From NCBI GenBank assembly GCA_963826115.1, contig CAWGVS010000006.1, forward strand, positions 992,001 to 1,056,000: a stretch of DNA of 64,000 nt. The letters run 5' to 3'. Positions 37,816-48,012 of this stretch are shown in pieces; within the stretch, counting starts at the first letter, position 1; the number at the start of each line of letters is the position of its first letter. Both the position numbers and the translations under genes were made by a program. The DNA comes from an uncultured Candidatus Rokubacteria bacterium (lineage in GTDB: Bacteria > Methylomirabilota > Methylomirabilia > Rokubacteriales > DASRDR01). Below the pieces are notes generated by a model. That model was not told the origin of the DNA. It saw nothing but the letters and a program-made list of their open reading frames with translations, and searched no databases.

Positions 37816-38654
37816 CGTCGATCCGCCGGTTTTTCCGCGAGAATCACCAGGCTGTTGGCGAGGGCCAGGCCCGGGCTGGTCGCGGCCAGCGTCCGATCGA
37901 GCGCGCGGAGCCCCCGGTAGAGCGTCCCGGCGATCCGTCCGAGGCGCGGCCGGTGGAGCACGGTGGACGGCAGGAGGTTCGTGGCCGAGTGGAGGCCCCA
38001 GGCGCGCCGCCGGACCAGGCCCGCGGCGCCGAGCCGGCGGTCGATCTCGGCCCGCGTGAAGAGCCGGAGCGCCGGATAGCCCGGGTAGTCGATCCACACG
38101 CCGGCGGAAAACGGTCGGGCGAAGGCGCGCGCCGCCGCGCCCGCCGTCACCTCGTAGCCGAGCGGATCGCCCACCGCGCTCGACGCGAGGCGCCAGGCGA
38201 GGTCGAGGCTCCAGCGGTGCTCGACCTCGAGCAGCACCCGGCCGCCGGGCCGGAGCACGCGCGCGATCTCGGCGAAGGCGCGCTCCGGGCGCGTGACGAA
38301 CGAGAGCGTGCTGCCGCACGAGACCACCAGGTCCATCGTTCCGTCGCGGCAGGGGAGCGCTTCGACGTCGCCCTGCAGGAGGCGCGCGCCGCGAGAGCGC
38401 CGGCGCGCGACGCTCAGGAGGCCGGCCGAGATGTCGACGCCGATCGTCTCGTAGCCGAGCTCGAGCAGGATGGCGGTCTGGAAGCCGGTGCCGCAGCCGG
38501 CGTCGAGGGCGCGCGGGCGCCGGGTTGCGGCCGGCGGCGCGAGCTCCGCGCGCACGAGACCGTGCAGCACGGCGTAGAGGTGCTCGTACCAGGGCTCGAG
38601 ATCGTCGTAGGATGCCGCCATCGCGTCGAAGAAGGGTCCCGCCCCGGTCGTCAC
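37800..38654 (-). CDS. Class I SAM-dependent methyltransferase
   Basis: LDAGCGTG, GVDIS, GD...LP, RVLRPGG. Confidence 0.9.
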   Translation of the reverse strand: MTTGAGPFFDAMAASYDDLEPWYEHLYAVLHGLVRAELAPPAATRRPRALDAGCGTGFQTAILLELGYETIGVDISAGLLSVARRRSRGARLLQGDVEALPCRDGTMDLVVSCGSTLSFVTRPERAFAEIARVLRPGGRVLLEVEHRWSLDLAWRLASSAVGDPLGYEVTAGAAARAFARPFSAGVWIDYPGYPALRLFTRAEIDRRLGAAGLVRRRAWGLHSATNLLPSTVLHRPRLGRIAGTLYRGLRALDRTLAATSPGLALANSLVILAEKPADRRQDTR

Positions 38655-38694
38655 GGGGCGAGTGTAGCGAACGGGCGGTCACGAGGGGGAGCCG

Positions 38695-39906
38695 ATGCGC
38701 GAGCGCGGGAGCGGGACGAATGGGCGGGGTCGAGCCGCCGCCGGGCGGCGGCGGCCGTCGAGAGCGGCACGCGTACCGGTCGACGGGGCGCGCCGGCCTC
38801 GGCCCGGAAGCGCGAACGGAGATGCGGCGGCCGCCGCGGCGGCGCCGGCCGCTCCACGCTGGCCGCGTAGGGTCCCGATCGAGCTCGTCGCCGAGGGCGC
38901 GGGTGGCGGGACGGTGGGCCGGCTTCTGGGTCGCATGAGCGAGTCGGCCTTCCAGGGGCGCCGGCTCGGGGAAGCCTTCCAGACCTGGCAGCGCCTGATC
39001 GACGGCGAGTGCCTGATCGCGCTCGGGCTCGCGGGCTCGATGGCGAGCGCGGGCCTGGGGCCGCTCGTGACCTGGCTGGTCGAGCGCGGCTACGTGGACG
39101 TGATCGCCTCGACCTCCGCGAACGCGACCGAGGACATCCTCGAGCAGCGCGGCGTGTCGCTCTACCGCATCGACGCCGACCACGTCGACGACGACCGGCT
39201 CCGCCGCGACGGGTACTACCGTTTCTACGACCACGTCGTGCGCACGGCCGACTACGACGCGATGGAGGACTTCACCCGGGGGTTCTTCGAGCACCTGGCG
39301 TCGTCGTGGCCGCGGCCCGCGATCAGCGGTGTCCGGTTCATGCGGGAGCTTGGCCGCTGGCTGGACGCGCAGGGGCTCGGCGGCTCGCTGGCGGCGACCT
39401 GCGCCCGCCACGGTGTCCCGCTCTTCGTGCCGGCCGCGCCGGACGGCCCGCTGGCCGAGGGCTACCGGGCGGCGCGGGGCAAGGGGCCGGTCGTCGACTT
39501 CTTCCGGGACTACGAGATCGCGCTGGCGGTGATGAACCGGTTCATGACGCCCGGCCCGGGGACCGCCGCGATCTTCCTGGGCGGCGGCGTGCCGAAGGAT
39601 TTCATCCAGATCACGGCGACCAGCGTGTCGACGCTGCGGGGCGCGGAGACCTGCCCGCACGTGGCCGCGATCCAGATCACCACCGACAACCCCGTCTACG
39701 GCGGGCTCGGCGGCGCCGGGGTCAACAGCGAGGCGATCTCGTGGGGGAAGGAGTCGGCCGACGGCGACAACGTGATGGTCTTCGCCGACGTGACGATCGC
39801 CCTCCCGCTCCTCTGCCAGGGGCTGCTCGAGCGCTACGGTCCGCGCCACGTGCGCCCCGCGCGGGCGACGATCGCGCGCGCGCTCGCGTCGCTCCAGGAC
39901 GCGTGA
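38695..39906 (+). CDS. Deoxyhypusine synthase-like protein (homospermidine-synthase type); start uncertain
   Basis: FQGR.LG, ST.AN, LGGGVPKDF, QITTD, EAISWGK (catalytic Lys), DVTIALPL. Confidence 0.88.
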   Translation: MRERGSGTNGRGRAAAGRRRPSRAARVPVDGARRPRPGSANGDAAAAAAAPAAPRWPRRVPIELVAEGAGGGTVGRLLGRMSESAFQGRRLGEAFQTWQRLIDGECLIALGLAGSMASAGLGPLVTWLVERGYVDVIASTSANATEDILEQRGVSLYRIDADHVDDDRLRRDGYYRFYDHVVRTADYDAMEDFTRGFFEHLASSWPRPAISGVRFMRELGRWLDAQGLGGSLAATCARHGVPLFVPAAPDGPLAEGYRAARGKGPVVDFFRDYEIALAVMNRFMTPGPGTAAIFLGGGVPKDFIQITATSVSTLRGAETCPHVAAIQITTDNPVYGGLGGAGVNSEAISWGKESADGDNVMVFADVTIALPLLCQGLLERYGPRHVRPARATIARALASLQDA

Positions 39907-40109
39907 GTTGAGGGTCGACCGGCGGGGGATTCTGGGCGCGCAGAGCTGCGATCAGAGGTGTCGCCCGCGGCGGTCCGTCAAGGCCAGCGCACCTCGGGAT
40001 CGATGGGAAGGCGGGCGGCTACGCGCCTTGACACCTCCCGGCGATGCGGCCAGGATTCCGGCGTAGGGCCGGCCTCGAGCCCCCGTTCACCCCGACCGAG
40101 GAGAAGCCG

Positions 40110-41453
40110 ATGACCTCGCGCTACTCGGCGCTCGACGAGCGCTACCTCCACCCGATGACCGATCCCGCGGACCGCGGGCGGCTGACCGTCCTCGTCCGTG
40201 GCCGGGGCGTCCGGCTCGAGGACGCCGAGGGGCGTTCGTACATCGACGGCCTGGCCGGGCTCTGGAACGTGAACCTCGGACACGGGCGCGAGGAGCTGGT
40301 CGAGGCCGCGGCCGGGCAGATGCGCCAGCTCGCCTTCGCCAATACCTACAGCGGCTACGCCAACGCGCCGGCGCTCGAGCTGGCCGCGCGGCTCGAGACC
40401 GTGGCGTATCCGGGGCTCAAGGCGAGCTTCCTCGCGACCAGCGGCGTCGACGCCAACGAGGCCGCGTTCAAGACCGTCCGCTACTTCTGGCGTCGCCAGG
40501 GCCGGGCGTCGAAGGTGAAGATCATCTCGCTCGAGCACGGCTACCACGGCGCGACGATCGCCGGGATGAGCGCGACCGGGATCCCGGACTACGCGCGGAT
40601 GTTCGGGCCCCGGCTCGCGGAGTTCCTGCACGTCCGCTCGCATTACCCGTACCGCTGCGACTTCGCGCGACCGGGAGAGGGTCCGGGCGCGGCGGCCGCG
40701 CGGCTCCTGGAGGAGGCGATCATCCGCGAGGGGCCCGACACGGTGGCCGCCTTCCTCGCCGAGCCGGTGCAGGGAGCGGGCGGGGTCATCGTCCCGCCGG
40801 ATGACTACTTCCCGCGCGTGCGCGAGATCCTGGACCGGCACCACGTCCTCCTCATCGCCGACGAGATCATCACGGGGTTCGGGCGAACGGGCGAGTGGTT
40901 CGGGCTCACGCACTGGAACGTGCGACCGGACATCCTCACCTTCGCCAAGGGCGTCACGAGCGCCTACCTGCCGCTCGGCGGCATGATGGTGAGCGAGGGG
41001 ATCGCGCACACGATCCGCGAGGCGCCGGCCTCGGAGCGCTGGGCCCACTCCTCGACCTACGCCGGTCATCCCGTGTGCTGCGCGGTGGCGCTCCGGACGC
41101 TGGACGTGCTCGAGCGCGATCGGCTCGTCCCGCGGGTGGCGCGGATCGGCCGCTACCTGCTCGACCGGCTCCGCACGCTCGAGGACCTCGAGTGCGTCGG
41201 CGAGGTGCGCGGCATCGGCCTGATGGCCGCGGTGGAGCTGGTGGCCGACCGCGGGACGCGGGCGGTCTTCGATCCCGCGCTCCGGGTGGGCGCGCGGATC
41301 ACGCGTCACGCGCAGGAGGCCGGGCTCATGCTCAGGACGCGGGGCGAGGTGGTGACGCTGGCCCCGCCCTTCGTCATCACGGAGGCGGAGATCGACGAGA
41401 CGGTGGCGATCCTCCGCACCGCCATCGAGAAGACCATGGGAGAGATCCGATGA
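40110..41453 (+). CDS. Class III PLP aminotransferase (omega-amino acid/polyamine type)
   Basis: DG.AGLW..N.G, YHG, EPVQGAGG, DEIITGFGRTG, AKG.TS. Confidence 0.95.
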   Translation: MTSRYSALDERYLHPMTDPADRGRLTVLVRGRGVRLEDAEGRSYIDGLAGLWNVNLGHGREELVEAAAGQMRQLAFANTYSGYANAPALELAARLETVAYPGLKASFLATSGVDANEAAFKTVRYFWRRQGRASKVKIISLEHGYHGATIAGMSATGIPDYARMFGPRLAEFLHVRSHYPYRCDFARPGEGPGAAAARLLEEAIIREGPDTVAAFLAEPVQGAGGVIVPPDDYFPRVREILDRHHVLLIADEIITGFGRTGEWFGLTHWNVRPDILTFAKGVTSAYLPLGGMMVSEGIAHTIREAPASERWAHSSTYAGHPVCCAVALRTLDVLERDRLVPRVARIGRYLLDRLRTLEDLECVGEVRGIGLMAAVELVADRGTRAVFDPALRVGARITRHAQEAGLMLRTRGEVVTLAPPFVITEAEIDETVAILRTAIEKTMGEIR

Positions 41454-42199
41454 CGTTCGCGGGACGGGTGGGGTTGATCACGGGGGCCGGATCGGGCATC
41501 GGGCGCGCGACGGCGCGGATCCTGGCCGAGCGGGGCGGGGCTGCGGTCGTCGCCGACGTCAACCGCGCGGCGGCCGAGGAGACGGCGGCCGCGATCCGCG
41601 CGGCCGGCGGCCGCGCGGAGGCCTGCGGGTGCGACGTCACGCGCGCCGAGGACGTCGACGCGGCCGTCGCGCTGGCGCGCCGCGCGTTCGGGCGGCTGGA
41701 CCTCGTGGTGAACTGCGCGGGCATCCTGCGCGTGGCTCCTCTCGAGGACACCTCCGAGAAGGAGTGGGAGGAGGTCCTCGCCGTCAACCTGACCGGGGCG
41801 TTCCTCCTCACGAAGGCCGCGCTCCGCGCGCTCAGAGAGGGGGGCGGGGGCTCGATCGTCCACATCGCTTCGCGGGCGGCCATCCGGGCGAAGGAGGGTC
41901 ACGGCGCCTACTCGGCGTCGAAGGCGGGCATCCTCCAGCTCACCCAGATGGCCGCGGTGGAGGGGGCGCGCCACGGCATCCGCGTGAACTGCGTGTGCCC
42001 GGGCTTCATCGACACGCCCATGACGCGCGGCATGTACGACATGGATGCGACGATCGCGGCCTGGAAGGACGTCTGCCCGCTGGGGCGCGCGGGCACGCCC
42101 GAGGACGTGGCGAAGGCGATGCTGTTCCTCGCCTCGGACGACGCGGGTTTCATCACCGGCATCGCGCTGCCCGTCGACGGCGGCCGCACGGTGGTCTAG
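41450..42199 (+). CDS. SDR family oxidoreductase
   Basis: TGAGSGIG, NCAG, YSASK; ATGA overlap. Confidence 0.93.
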   Translation: MTFAGRVGLITGAGSGIGRATARILAERGGAAVVADVNRAAAEETAAAIRAAGGRAEACGCDVTRAEDVDAAVALARRAFGRLDLVVNCAGILRVAPLEDTSEKEWEEVLAVNLTGAFLLTKAALRALREGGGGSIVHIASRAAIRAKEGHGAYSASKAGILQLTQMAAVEGARHGIRVNCVCPGFIDTPMTRGMYDMDATIAAWKDVCPLGRAGTPEDVAKAMLFLASDDAGFITGIALPVDGGRTVV

Positions 42200-42211
42200 A
42201 GGGAGGAGCAG

Positions 42212-42979
42212 ATGAGCATCCGGCACCTTCCGATCGGAGAGGCTGGGCCGCCGGAGCCGCCGCGGATCGGCGTGGTCGTGCCCGCGACCGACCAGGTGAG
42301 CGAGGTGGCCTTTGCCGAGATGCTCCGCGGTCACCCGGTGTCGATGGTCGTGAGCCGGGTGGCCTTCGAGAATCCGGTGGTGATGTCGAACCTCTCCCGC
42401 ATGGTGGACGACCTCAGCCGGGCGACGGCGCTCCTCCTGCCAGGGGGCCGCATCGACGTGGTGGCCTTCTCCTGCACGTCGGGCACCGTGGCGAGCGGCG
42501 TGGACCAGGTGGCACGCGCGATCCGGGCCGCGAAACCCGGCGTCCCGTTCACGACGCCGATCACCGCGGCGGTGGCGGCCTTCCGGCGTCTCGGCGCGCG
42601 GCGGATCGCGGTCCTGACCCCGTACGTCGACGAGGTGAACGAGGCGATCCGCGGCTTCCTCGTCGCGGCGGGGCTCGACGTCGTCGAGTTCGGCAGCTTC
42701 CACCTCCGGACGGACCAGGAGATCGCCGCCGTCCCGCCGGACGCGATCGTCGCGGCGGGCCGGTCGATCACCGGGCCCGATGCCGACGCGCTCTTCATCT
42801 CCTGCACCGGGCTCCAGGGTCATGCGGCGATCGCGCAGCTCGAGGCCGCGACCGGCAAGCCCGTCGTCACGAGCAATCAGGCCCAGGTCTGGGAGGCGCT
42901 GTCGCTGCTCGACTACGGGCGGCCGGTCCACGGCTACGGGCGGCTCCTCGAGAGCCTCGCGGCGGTCCGGGCCGCATAG
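42212..42979 (+). CDS. Maleate isomerase/Asp-Glu racemase family protein (EutA-like)
   Basis: Two catalytic Cys (FSCTSG, ISCT), LTPY, PVVTSNQA. Confidence 0.88.
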   Translation: MSIRHLPIGEAGPPEPPRIGVVVPATDQVSEVAFAEMLRGHPVSMVVSRVAFENPVVMSNLSRMVDDLSRATALLLPGGRIDVVAFSCTSGTVASGVDQVARAIRAAKPGVPFTTPITAAVAAFRRLGARRIAVLTPYVDEVNEAIRGFLVAAGLDVVEFGSFHLRTDQEIAAVPPDAIVAAGRSITGPDADALFISCTGLQGHAAIAQLEAATGKPVVTSNQAQVWEALSLLDYGRPVHGYGRLLESLAAVRAA

Positions 42980-42995
42980 CGCGCGCGTCCTCGGC

Positions 42996-43847
42996 ATGGC
43001 CACGGTGCTCACGCCGGGTCAGATCGCGCAGTACCGGACCGACGGCTTCCTGAGCGGCATCCCCGTGTTCACGGGGGAGGAGTGCGCCCGGTTCCGGCGG
43101 GCGGCCGACCGTTTCCAGGCCGAGCATCCGGCCGACCGCGACTGGGCGTTCGACATCAAGTGCAACCTCGTGCTCGACTGGGTCTACGCGAACGCCACGC
43201 ACCCGCGCCTCCTCGACGCGGTGGCCGACCTCCTGGGCGAGGACCTGCTCCTGACCGACTCCGTGTTCCGGATCAAGGAGCCGGGATCGGGCACCCACTA
43301 CGGCTGGCACCAGGACTCGGCGCGCATCGTCGTCGAGCCCGCGCCCGCGATCGTCTACGTGGCCATCTCCGACGCGACCGTCGAGAACGGGTGCCTGGCG
43401 GTGATCCCGGGCAGCCACGACCGCGTCCAGCCGTTCGACCTCGTGGAGAACCCGGGGCAGGCGCACCGCCGCGTGGCGCGGCTGCGCGAGGTCGATCCGA
43501 GCCGCGCGTTCTACATGGAGCTCCGGGCCGGCGAGGTCGCGATCTTCAGCGCGAACGTCGTCCACGGCTCGGCGCCGAACCGGTCGGCGTCGGTCCGCTA
43601 CGCGATCCTTCACGACTACACGCCGACCGCGGGCCGTCAGTCGATCGGGCGGGGATCGGGACAGCTCGTCCGGGGACGGGACGCGTTCGGCCACTTCGCC
43701 CACGAGCCCGTGCCGTCACCCGACTTCGAGGCGAACGTCCTCGTGCGCCGGCGGATCCTGATGAAGTACCCGGAGAACATCCTGATGGGCCCGCTCGAGC
43801 CCGGCGCCACGCCCGACTTCCCGGACCGCCGCGCGATGCGGGTGTAG
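42996..43847 (+). CDS. Phytanoyl-CoA dioxygenase family Fe(II)/2OG oxygenase
   Basis: WHQD, ENGCL.VIPGSH, HGS..N.S...R. Confidence 0.92.
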   Translation: MATVLTPGQIAQYRTDGFLSGIPVFTGEECARFRRAADRFQAEHPADRDWAFDIKCNLVLDWVYANATHPRLLDAVADLLGEDLLLTDSVFRIKEPGSGTHYGWHQDSARIVVEPAPAIVYVAISDATVENGCLAVIPGSHDRVQPFDLVENPGQAHRRVARLREVDPSRAFYMELRAGEVAIFSANVVHGSAPNRSASVRYAILHDYTPTAGRQSIGRGSGQLVRGRDAFGHFAHEPVPSPDFEANVLVRRRILMKYPENILMGPLEPGATPDFPDRRAMRV

Positions 43848-43916
43848 CGAGCTCCAAGAAGCGGACCCTGCCTGCACCGTCACGGGACGCCGCGTGTCCG
43901 CGTGGCGACATCGAGG

Positions 43917-44038
43917 TGCACAGTCCACGGTGCACGGTGCACAGTTCACAGTGCACCCCGGCTAAGATCAGGCGTCCTAAGGACTATTCGCTCACAAGCG
44001 TGAGGAATCCGAGACCGATTGCACACTGCACTGTGCAA
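43917..44038. repeat. Heptamer tandem array (TGCACAG-like x6) with a short inverted copy
   Basis: tgcacag tccacgg tgcacgg tgcacag ttcacag tgcaccc (43917-43958); TTGCACA-N6-TGTGCAA (44019-44038). Confidence 0.8.
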
Positions 44039-44113
44039 CCGACTCGAGACATCCGCGTCGCAGCATCGACCTAAGTCTCGACCGAACTGACCCTTGTCCC
44101 GACGCGCCCGCCC

Positions 44114-44127
44114 GGCACCCGGCTTGC
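44114..44127 (+). promoter_or_regulatory. Putative sigma54 (-24/-12) promoter
   Basis: CGGCACCCGGCTTGCA = GG-N10-GC, about 75 bp before ATG 44203 (RBS GGAGG). Confidence 0.5.
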
Positions 44128-44202
44128 ACTCGGCAGCAGACGATGCGGGCCGTTCCGCGAGCGCGTCCCGGGGCCGTCCCGGCGGTCGGAGGAGGGTAGG
44201 CG

Positions 44203-46262
44203 ATGGCCGATCGTGGCGAAGGTCTCCAGAATGTCACCTGGCCCGTGCGGTCTCCCGGCAGGCGCACTTCGCCGTCGCGCCACTGGGCGGCCGGCTGTCT
44301 CGCGCTCGCCTTGCTGCTCGCGCCGACCGCCGCCCCGGCCAAGGGGGGCGTCGCGATCAGACGCTACAAGTTCCCGTCGATCGTCGTCATCGGAAACGGG
44401 CAGGCCTACACCGACGTGAGCGGCATCGGGTACGCGTGGGAGGTGAGCCTCGAGGTCGACACGGGCACCTCCGGCCGGATCAAGGAGTGGCGCATCTGGC
44501 CCACCCTCACGATCGAGGGCGAGTCGAAGCTGGAGCTCAAGACTCACGGGCACCGCGAATGGTACCCGTCGGCGGCCGACCCCTGGCCGCGGCCCAAGCA
44601 CGTGTCGAAGGACCTCGCGCTCCTGTTCCCCGACGTGGTGATCAAGGGCTACGTCGTCACCGCGTGCAACCGGAACGCGGACCGCCTGCGGCAGGCCGGG
44701 GAATCCAACATGACGATCTTCAGCCGGGCGCACCAGCTTACGGCGACCACGGCGCCTCTGTGGTGGCTGGACCTGACGGTCGGCGGCGACACGTCCAGCG
44801 AGGCGTTCTTCCCGGTCCCGGCGGACATCGTGTGCGCGAAGTGGGCGGGGATGGTGATCCCGCCGCCGAAGGGCGGCGGCGACATCGCCGCGCCGATGGA
44901 AGTCCGCAACGCGAAGCTCGTCGTGTTCCCCAGCCAGCACAGCGGGGGCTGCCCGGTCCAGCTGAGCCTGTTCGGGAGAGTGCGAGCAACGGGTTCGGCT
45001 CGTTCGAGAGCTGGGTGGAGTCGACCGAGGGGTGGAAGTCGACGAAGACCGCGCGGAACGTCGACGTCAAGGCGAACGGTGAGTACGAGGATCAGTTCAC
45101 GGAGAAGGTCGTGATTCCCATCGTGCGGCCGGGCGGCCAGGGCGGCCACGGACCCGCGAGCGGCCAGGTCGGCGGCAGCGGCCAGGTGGCGACCCCGAAG
45201 CGTCCGATCGAGCCGGTGCCCGGCCAGGGCAAGCCCCCTGCCAGCCCGGGTGGTGGGGTGACGACCGGGACCCCGTCGAACGTCCACAGGGCGGCGGTCC
45301 GCCTCGTGGCTCATGGCGGCGGGAAGACGGTCGCGTCAGGCTGGCAGGACTACGCGGTGACGTGCGACCCGAAGGTGACCCCGGGCCTGGAGCCGCTCGA
45401 CGCGCTCGCCGCCGAGGTCCGCGTGACGCAGGCCAGTCTGGCGGTGGCGCCGCGCACGAATCCCCTCGGAAAGTGCGAGGTCGAGCTGCGAGGGAAGATC
45501 ACGACCAACGTCGCGTTCGCCGACGTCACGCTCGCGTACCGGAATCACAAGGGCGTGACGACGCCGGAGCGGGAAGTGACGACCGGCGCCAACCGGGAGG
45601 CCTCGTTCACCGACACGCTGGACTTCGGCAAGGACGCGGGGGGACTGTGGATCGAGCAGGGCGGGACGATCGGGCCGGGGAGTGGCCAGGCCGGCCCCTA
45701 CGCTGGCTCCTTCCAGATCGTCGGGCAGAGCGTCGCGTTCCAGTCGAGCCCGGCCGCCTACAGCTTCACGTGCGTGAATCCGGCTCCGGGCGGGATCGCC
45801 CAGAAGCCCAGCTCGCCCAAGACCAACTTCCCGCCCGTCGGACCGCTGGCGCAGCCGCCGCGCGATACCGGCGCCCAGAGCGGGAGCGGCAAGGCGCCGG
45901 GCAGCCCGTCGGCCGCGAAGCCGCCACAGGTCGCGGCGCTGGCCCCCGGGGTGGACTTTGCCGTCGTGACGCTGGTTCTGGCGGCGGCGGACTCGACCGG
46001 CGCGATGTTGACCGCACGGATCACCAACGTCGGCACCGCGGCCGGAGCGGGTGAGTACCGCATCGTGGTGAAGGACTCGCAAGGCCAGATCGTGTTCGAG
46101 AAGTCCGGGCGGGCGCGGCTCGATCCCGGTGAGCAGCACGGGATCAACGAGCGCATCCCGTCGCCGCCGCGTCGACGCCTGACCGCAACGCTGTCGGTCC
46201 AGGCGCCGGGCGACATCAACGCGCCCAACAACGAGAAGACGGTCAGCGCGCTCCTGCCTTGA
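44203..46262 (+). pseudogene. Large secreted beta-rich protein with C-terminal CARDB/Ig-like domain, split by a 1-bp frameshift near 44982
   Basis: Signal peptide and coding-like frame to ...LSLFGRV; continues in another frame as ASNGFGSFESW...; C-terminal ITNVG...DINAPNN. Confidence 0.7.
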
Positions 46263-46368
46263 CCGCGCCCGCGAGCCGGACGCGACGCTCGACTTCCCGG
46301 ACCGCCGGCCCGTGGGGACGTAGAGCCGGTGTTCGGCAAGGTGCCCCTCCGTCGCCAGGACGGGGGGC

Positions 46369-46794
46369 TCAGAGGAGGGGCTCGTTCCGGGTGATTCCGG
46401 CCAGATAGCCGCCCAGGAGTCCCAGCGGAACCGAGCCCACGAGGGAGGCGGCCGTGTACCAGCCTGGGACCGAAGTCGAGAGCGGCCAGAGCAGGATGCT
46501 GAGGACGACGCACACGGAGCCGACGATGGCTCCGTGGATCACCTCGAGCCTCCCGGAGACTCGGCCCGCGATGAAGCCGCCCAGCGTCGTGAATGCGAGA
46601 CCGAGGAGCATGCTCGGCACCAGGAACCCGGGTCTGTGCATCTGGAGCTCCAGCGCCTCCGGCGACACGCCATCCGCGTCCAGGACCGCGCCGACGATCA
46701 GGCCCACGGTCGTCATGGCCACCAGCGAGCCGACGATGTCGGTCAGCACGCCGAGCGTCACCGCCTTCAGGCTGATCCGTCGGCTGCCGGTCAT
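46369..46794 (-). CDS. Small 4-TM membrane protein
   Basis: Four hydrophobic helices, LGGFIAGR and LLGGYLA. Confidence 0.7.
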   Translation of the reverse strand: MTGSRRISLKAVTLGVLTDIVGSLVAMTTVGLIVGAVLDADGVSPEALELQMHRPGFLVPSMLLGLAFTTLGGFIAGRVSGRLEVIHGAIVGSVCVVLSILLWPLSTSVPGWYTAASLVGSVPLGLLGGYLAGITRNEPLL

Positions 46795-46873
46795 GGAGAG
46801 CTCCGCCGCGCGCCCGTCATTCACGACCCCGCCCTCAGCGTCTTGGTCGGACCGGAACGGGGGGACGGGACTC

Positions 46874-47869
46874 TCACTGGATCAGGCGATCCGCCCGCTG
46901 CCGTAGTGACGGCGGGATCGTCAGGCCCAGCGCCTTCGCCGTCCCGAGGTTGATCCACAACTCGTACCTTCCCGGTTGCTCGATGGGGAGATCCCCGGGT
47001 TTCGCCCCCTTGAGAATCCTGTCGACGTAGCTGGCCACCCGCCGAGACTGCTCGCTTTGATCGGCCCAGTAGGACATGAGACCGCCGGCCGCGGCGTATC
47101 CCAGCGGGCTCCCCATGAGGGGCAGCCGGTGCTTGATCGCGAGGTCCGCCAGCCGTCGTCGGTGCGTGAAGAGCATCGGATCCGCCAGCACCAGGACGGC
47201 CCCAGCGCGCTCCCGGACCACAGACTGGAGCACGGGCTCGATCGCCGCGGGCCCGCGCACCTCCAGGATCTGGAGCTGCACGCCGAGGGGACGCTGGCCG
47301 TCGCGCAGGCCCTTCACCGCGAGCGGATGCCACGGGTTATCGGGATTCCATAGCACCGCGATGCGGGAGGTCCTGGACTCGACCTCCCGCAAGAGCTCGA
47401 GCTGCTTGATGCTCAGATCGACGCTGAGCGACGTCACGCCCGTGATGTTTCCGCCGGGGCGCGCGAGGCTGGCGACGAACCCCAGCTGGACCGGGTCCGG
47501 ACTGTTTACCATGATGATGGGAATGGTGGACGTCGCCCGCCGGGCGGCGAGAACAGCGCCGGGATACGTTGCGATGATCACGTCCACCTTGAGGCGCGTC
47601 AGCTCGATGGCGAGCTCGTCCGCGCGGCCCGGCTGCCCGTCGGTATCTCGGAGTTCAAGGATCAGGTTCTGGCCTTCGACGTATCCGAGATCGCGCAGGC
47701 GGGGAAGCAGGGCCTCGCGCCATGACCCGCTGGCCGCACCCGTAACGAGACCGACCCGGAATGTCCTGGCCGGCGTCTGCGCGTCCGCCATCCACGAGCC
47801 GGCGGGCAATTCAAGAACGATACCGGCGGCGATCGAGGCAGCCGCGATGACTCACAGGATTCGCTGCAC
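46874..47869 (-). pseudogene. ABC transporter substrate-binding protein (ABC_sub_bind type) with in-frame TGA in the signal peptide
   Basis: LGYVEGQN, DPV..G.VASLARPGGN.TG, YVDRILKGAKP.DLP.EQP; GTG 47869 with RBS, TGA at 47852-47854. Confidence 0.75.
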
Positions 47870-48012
47870 GGTGCCCGTCCTTCTGACGTCCGCCGCTACC
47901 GTCCCCCGCGACGGGTGACCGTCAACCACATGCCGATGCCACGGACATCGAGCATCGGCGCGTCGGCCGACGCTCGTCGACCCGGTGCCAGTCGGGGCGG
48001 CGATACGAACGC

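Noticed and set aside
46343-46368. GC hairpin between convergent genes as an intrinsic terminator
   Set aside because: No U-tract, and such stems are frequent by chance at this GC content.
47852-47854. TGA as selenocysteine or genetic-code reassignment
   Set aside because: It lies in a signal peptide with no catalytic context, and TGA is the normal stop for many genes here.
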